From assembly GCA_964016885.1 (NCBI GenBank), contig OZ024747.1, positions 18,042,001 through 18,106,000 on the forward strand: DNA of 64,000 nt, in the 5' to 3' direction. The position numbers and the translations under genes are program-made. This DNA comes from Eledone cirrhosa (taxonomy: Eukaryota). This document shows positions 1 to 64,000 of this stretch, in pieces. The first letter of the stretch is position 1; each line of letters starts with the position of its first letter. The notes under the pieces were generated by a model. That model ran no database searches, was not told the origin of the DNA, and was given only the letters and a program-made list of their open reading frames with translations.

Positions 1-340
1 GGTGATCATTTTGGGTGTAATGGTTAGTCCAAGGCCTGGGGTGTTGGACACAATATAGGTTATAAAAGAGAGACAAATAAGTCAGGAGTGCCTGAGTGGA
101 TGTGGCACAAGATCTGTCAGCTCAGAGGAGTAGAGGCTATTGTAGTAGTGGTAGAAAAGACAGGGAGAGGAGAGAACATGTCTGTGCGAGCATTTCAGTG
201 AGTGACTAATTAGTCAAGTGGCTTTTTCTCTTGATGCAGTCTAGGATGTCAGTGTGTGCAGCAGCAGCACCAACAACATCCCAGATACGAGAGTAGTATT
301 TCATTGTGGATTTCACCTGTGTAAAAATCTTGTAGTTGTC
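1..340 (-). mobile_element. Degraded LINE ORF2 C-terminal fragment (CR1/Jockey group)
   Basis: Minus strand reads TQVKSTMKYYSRIWDVVGAAAAHTDILDCIKRK..FYHYYNSLYSSELTDLVP; a related piece lies on + at about 16150-16255. Confidence 0.65.
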
Positions 341-579
341 GCTTTGAGATCAATCAAATACACATCAGTAATATATTTGATAAGGCAGCAAATTGGCCAA
401 GTTGTTAGAGTATCAGATAAAATGACCTGCAGCAATAGTGTAGTTAGTGGGGTCAGGGAAGAGGTGATCCACCAGAGGCAATACTTGCAGATGTATATTA
501 TGTTGTGTTTTTCATACCAATTCTACAAGCCTACTTCAAGAAATGTGTTATCATTGAGACCCTCAGTGAATGAACTTAC

Positions 580-59687
<59,108 letters not shown>

Positions 59688-59735
59688 CTGTGAAAAGGAG
59701 AAGAAAAAACATAATTATGGCTTATTGAAATAAAA

Positions 59736-59777
<42 letters not shown>

Positions 59778-59952
59778 CGAAGGAAATGTGGTAAGGAACC
59801 AGGTGGACCATAACGCACCAAAGTACTCAATACTTAGGGTAGTAGAGTGGGTAATAGGAACGAGTAGGACCCCGACGGCTGAGCTCAAGCCGTTTTGTTT
59901 TGTTTTTTGGGGTTTTTTTAGTCCAGAATTAGCCGTCGGGGTCCTACTCGTT

Positions 59953-59986
<34 letters not shown>

Positions 59987-60004
59987 AACGAGTAGGATCC
60001 CGAC

Positions 60005-60098
<94 letters not shown>

Positions 60099-60305
60099 GT
60101 GTGTGTGTGTTTATGGGTATATATATAGAAACATATATATATATATCAGAATGGATGCAGTAAAAACCTGCTAGACCATTACTCACCAGAATACTCAAAA
60201 TTTAGGGTAGTAGAGTGTGGTAATATGAAGGAGTCGGGATTCAGTTCGGAAATAGCTGTTCGGAAACGGCAGCTCAGCTATTTGAGTCCCAACTCCTTCA
60301 TATTT
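59778..60305. mobile_element. Two diverged copies of an unclassified hairpin element embedded in (TA)n
   Basis: Shared leader of about 60 bp followed by a 22-26 bp stem hairpin. Confidence 0.6.
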
Positions 60306-61649
60306 CATATATATACATATATATTATCACCATTTAATGTCCATTTTCCACACTACTATGAGTTAGATGGGTTGTCCTGTTGTAAGAGAAGTCAGATTAG
60401 ATGACCGCGTCTTGCTCACACAGAACTGTTTCTGCCTTGGTTTCTACAGCTGGATGCCCTTCCTAATGCCAACCATATTTACAGTGTGGACTGGGTGCCG
60501 TTTATCATGGCACAAAAATGAACACTTTAGTATGGACTGGGTGCTTTTAGTTGTTTCACCAACACAACCACTTTACAGTGTGGGCTGGGTTCTCTTTGTT
60601 GTGTCTCCAACAGTAGCGTGAAAGACATGATAATCCCCCTAGCACTAGTGTCACAATAAAACACACCCAAGGAATGTGAGATGCACCCCCTGGCCCATCT
60701 AGAAGGCCAGTGGTTCTGGTTGGGTACTAACTTTATGTACGACAATCTATCCAAACCTTACTAGTGAGGAAAATGAATGTTATATATGCATATATACACA
60801 CTGTAAATGTGGTTGGTGTTAGGAAGGGCATCCAACTGTAGAAAACCCGCCAGACAGTCCTATGCGAGCAAGACAACCACTCTTGCCTCAAGTGGGAAAA
60901 CCCCTGTCCAAACCCATGCAAGCGTGGAACACGGACGCTAAACCTGATGATGATGATGATGATCATGATCTGTGTGTGTGTGTGGACACGCGTGCGTGTG
61001 TGTGGACACGCGTGCGTGTGTGTGCGTGTAAGTAGTATCTTTAATTTGAGGTCTGCTTGACCTGAAGCTAAACAAATACAATTCATTTCATACATGAGTG
61101 AGCTAGCTTGTCAAGGCATGCCAATGATGTTACATATCCAGCTTCACATTGAGAACAGTGCAGGACTGAATCAAATTAAAAATACAATTTTTGCAAAGCC
61201 TTCAGCCTAATGAGCTTCACATAGGTATAGAAAGAGCGTTATTGGGAATGAAATCAAGTCTATGTCATTTATCCAGCAATGGTCTGACCTTAATTAACCC
61301 TTTCATTTCCATAATGAGATACACTGTATTTGAATTAATTAATAGGGAATTTAGAGGGATTTACTAAAATTATAAAGGTTCTTGTCTTAAATTATGGTGG
61401 AAGATTTTAATTTAAGTCAGAACCCTTTAAAATGGGTGATTCTTTTTTTTACAGAACCAAAGGTAGTTTTGAACAGCTTAGTATAACCGCTCTATGACAG
61501 CTGCTGTTTCTAGGATATAAAACTAACCATTTTAAAGTATTTATATTTAAGTTAAAACAGTTCATCATAGTTTTGTGTCAGAACAATTTGTTCAGTTTGC
61601 TCTAAACGCCAGCTTCATAATTTCTTTTTAATATAAATCCCTCCAAATT

Positions 61650-62015
61650 CTTCATCTTCTTTGTACACTTATTCCTGAGAGAGTCATGGGCGCAAAGACC
61701 TCAAACACTCCTTCCAGCAGGTCCTGTCAGAAGCAACCATCTCCAACTGATCCGGTTGGATCCTCATGCGAGACCAGCCAAACTCATGGATGTTATCCAA
61801 CCATCTTGCTCGGGGTCTACCCCTTGGTCTCCTGCCGGTTTGTTTTGCTTGTAATATCTGTCCAGCGATTCTTTCCTGAGATATTCTAACCACATGCCCA
61901 TAGTATCGGAGCTGTGATCTCTCAATTCAGAGAAGTAGTTTCTCTACCTGGAGTGACATTCTGATCTCCGAGCTACACATTCTATTGAGAAATGTTACTC
62001 CAAAGACCCATCACA
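61650..62015 (-). mobile_element. RTE LINE 3' fragment, second subfamily
   Basis: QLRYYGHVVR..GRRPRGRPRARWLDNI..DRTCWK* followed by a (GAA)-type tail. Confidence 0.85.
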
Positions 62016-62860
62016 GGAACCCTCCATTATATTCAAATTTAATTGAAACAAATGTAACATATTTCATTAGAAATATAGCCAGTTAAAATGTGCTGTTGTT
62101 GCCATTTGGCCCCTGGTCAGCTCTGATCAAGCATAATTATATGACCATAAGTGTTTCAGCCAAGACCAGTTAATTTTTCTATGTAATTAAATTGTTATAA
62201 TGTAAACCTTCTTTATTTGTGGGTTATTATTGTTTAGCCCTTACTAAGCACATATATGATCAAGTCATGACCATCCAGTCTTTTTAGGTGCATATCTGAC
62301 TACATTATTCAATATGTAAAACAGTATGTTATTGTACGATTTGCTTGCTATTTCTAACAGGTCGAACACCCCACATAGAAGCTGCCTCATTGTCTTAAAT
62401 TTTCCTTCATTTAGGAATCTAGGGTGTGATTTGGGGACAATTTGGCTTTAATTTCAAGTAGGTCAAGCGACCACATAGATGCTCCCTCGCTGACTCGTTA
62501 AAATGTGTATGGACATGATATGTATGACTGAATGTCATTCAGAGTGCCTGGTCAATAAGCCAATCTGTCTGTCTTTTTCTTTAAGCTGATCAATACCAAT
62601 TACACGAATGTCCACTTAGCTTAACGTAGATTATTGATTCCATTTAGCCCCTCTTTATACAAAATAATTGTTTTCTCCTTATTCTCCCTTTCAACTAATT
62701 TAACATTGATTAATCAAATTTCTATTAACAACATTCGCATTGTTTCCTTATTATTATCATCGTCGTTGTTGTTTCTAGTTTCTTTTCTTTTTTATATTTT
62801 TGACAAGAACCAATATATTTTTTCCACCGTTTTCATTCGTGTGTTAAAATGTTGTCTTAC

Positions 62861-62893
62861 ACAAGTAGTCTCGCTTCCACTTTGTGTAAACAT
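62861..62893 (-). CDS. Candidate initial coding exon (MFTQSGSETTC)
   Basis: ATG + 10 codons + |gtaaga; phase 0 fits the exon ending at 59687; no homology support. Confidence 0.25.
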
Positions 62894-63573
62894 TAACAAC
62901 ACAAATAGCTAATTATACTTCTTGTGGCTACAAAGTCATAAACTTAAATCTATAAGGAGATGGTGTTAGTGCATGTGTGTGCATATGTGTATGTGATTGT
63001 GTGTGTTATTGCGTGTCTGTATTTGTGCATGAGTATGATTCGTATGCGTGTTTTGTGTGTGCAAGCACGTCTGTATGTTTGTGTGCATGTAAGTGGGCAA
63101 GAAAAAGTTGGCTTTTTTTTTTCTAAATTGGCTCAAAGCCACAAATTAGTAAAGAAGAGAAATACTTAATTAAATTGAACTTCGTTAAATATCAAGTAAA
63201 GATCTGATTTACACGCTCCATCCCAACCTCCACATACGTAGAGGAATTAAATGTAAAGTTAACCCCATCAAGATATCACAGTACACAAAGAAACAGAAAT
63301 AAATACAGGAGGTATTAAGTTGGTGCTCTACCACTGTTGATAGTTCAACTGCCCAGTGAGCCAAGGAAGGATCTCGACGGTGTCTTAACACTTTAGTATG
63401 TCGTGAATTGAAGTCAAAATTAATACATTTTTCAGGAATATTTGCCTGTGAAAGTACATTTGAGATTTGGCAACAATTAGACAACACCACATGGCTAGTG
63501 ACATGTATTATGATATTCAATTGCTTATTTATTAATTTAATTGATTTTATGTCATAAACTAAATGTAATTAAT

Positions 63574-63759
63574 TGTTTCTACTTTAGGCACAAGGCCAGC
63601 AATTACCCAGTGCATTACTGATACTTTATTTTATCGACCCCGTAAGGATGAAAGGCAAAGTCAACCTCGGCGGGATTTGAACTCAGATCGTAAAGGGACG
63701 TAACTATGCTGGAAAGCATGGCGTCCGACCCTCTACTGATACTGCCAATCCACCGCCCT
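63574..63759 (-). mobile_element. SINE family A, young copy with 14-bp TSD
   Basis: TSD taaatgtaattaat at 63560-63573 and 63760-63773; intact A and B boxes. Confidence 0.9.
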
Positions 63760-64000
63760 TAAATGTAATTAATGTCACGAAAAGGTTTATCAGGTGCTTG
63801 CCATTACAAAAAATATCATATTAGATAATACAGACCTTGAAATAGTCAATCAATCAAATATCCGTATCCTAAGGTGGCTCTAGATAGAAAGCTAGAAACG
63901 AACGCTCTTTCCTAGTTATCAACCATCTTCCATGTCTTTGTATGCATTTTTTTTTTTAATCGAGGATGCAGATATGACTGAGTGGTTAAAAAGCGCACTT

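Noticed and set aside
61094-61165. Possible 5' exon (cag..gtatga)
   Set aside because: The phase-0 frame contains a stop; it could only be UTR and has no support.
63190-63520. Possible exon or neighbouring gene (103-aa ORF)
   Set aside because: No recognisable motif and no consistent splice pair on either strand.
63895-63925. RFX X-box-like motif for a ciliary promoter
   Set aside because: Mismatches in both half-sites and the transcription start is unknown.

Overview
AT-rich eukaryotic (animal) genomic DNA. The repeat content (octopus-type tRNA-SINEs, RTE LINE tails ending in (ATG)n, many TA microsatellites) points to an octopod cephalopod; this is inference. Nearly the whole window is one intron-rich minus-strand gene for an inner-arm axonemal dynein heavy chain, DNAH7. 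I traced 58 coding exons (59687 to 580, about 9.55 kb CDS, about 3,180 aa) covering the tail, linker, AAA1-4, stalk/MTBD and AAA5. The gene runs off the left edge, and a possible first exon lies at 62861-62893. Splice phases are continuous except at one junction, and two introns need GC donors. Introns hold SINEs (some with perfect TSDs, some dimeric), RTE and CR1-group LINE fragments, TTAA/piggyBac-type and hAT MITEs, a non-autonomous Helitron, long palindromes and minisatellites. The most unusual items are a TA-embedded hairpin element in two diverged copies with compensatory stems and a flipped loop (59796-60305), a hammerhead-topology relic in a Penelope-like fragment (6420-6470), and a templated duplication flanking a symmetric exon. 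I found no convincing new protein-coding system. Comparisons with human DNAH7 are from memory, not from a search.
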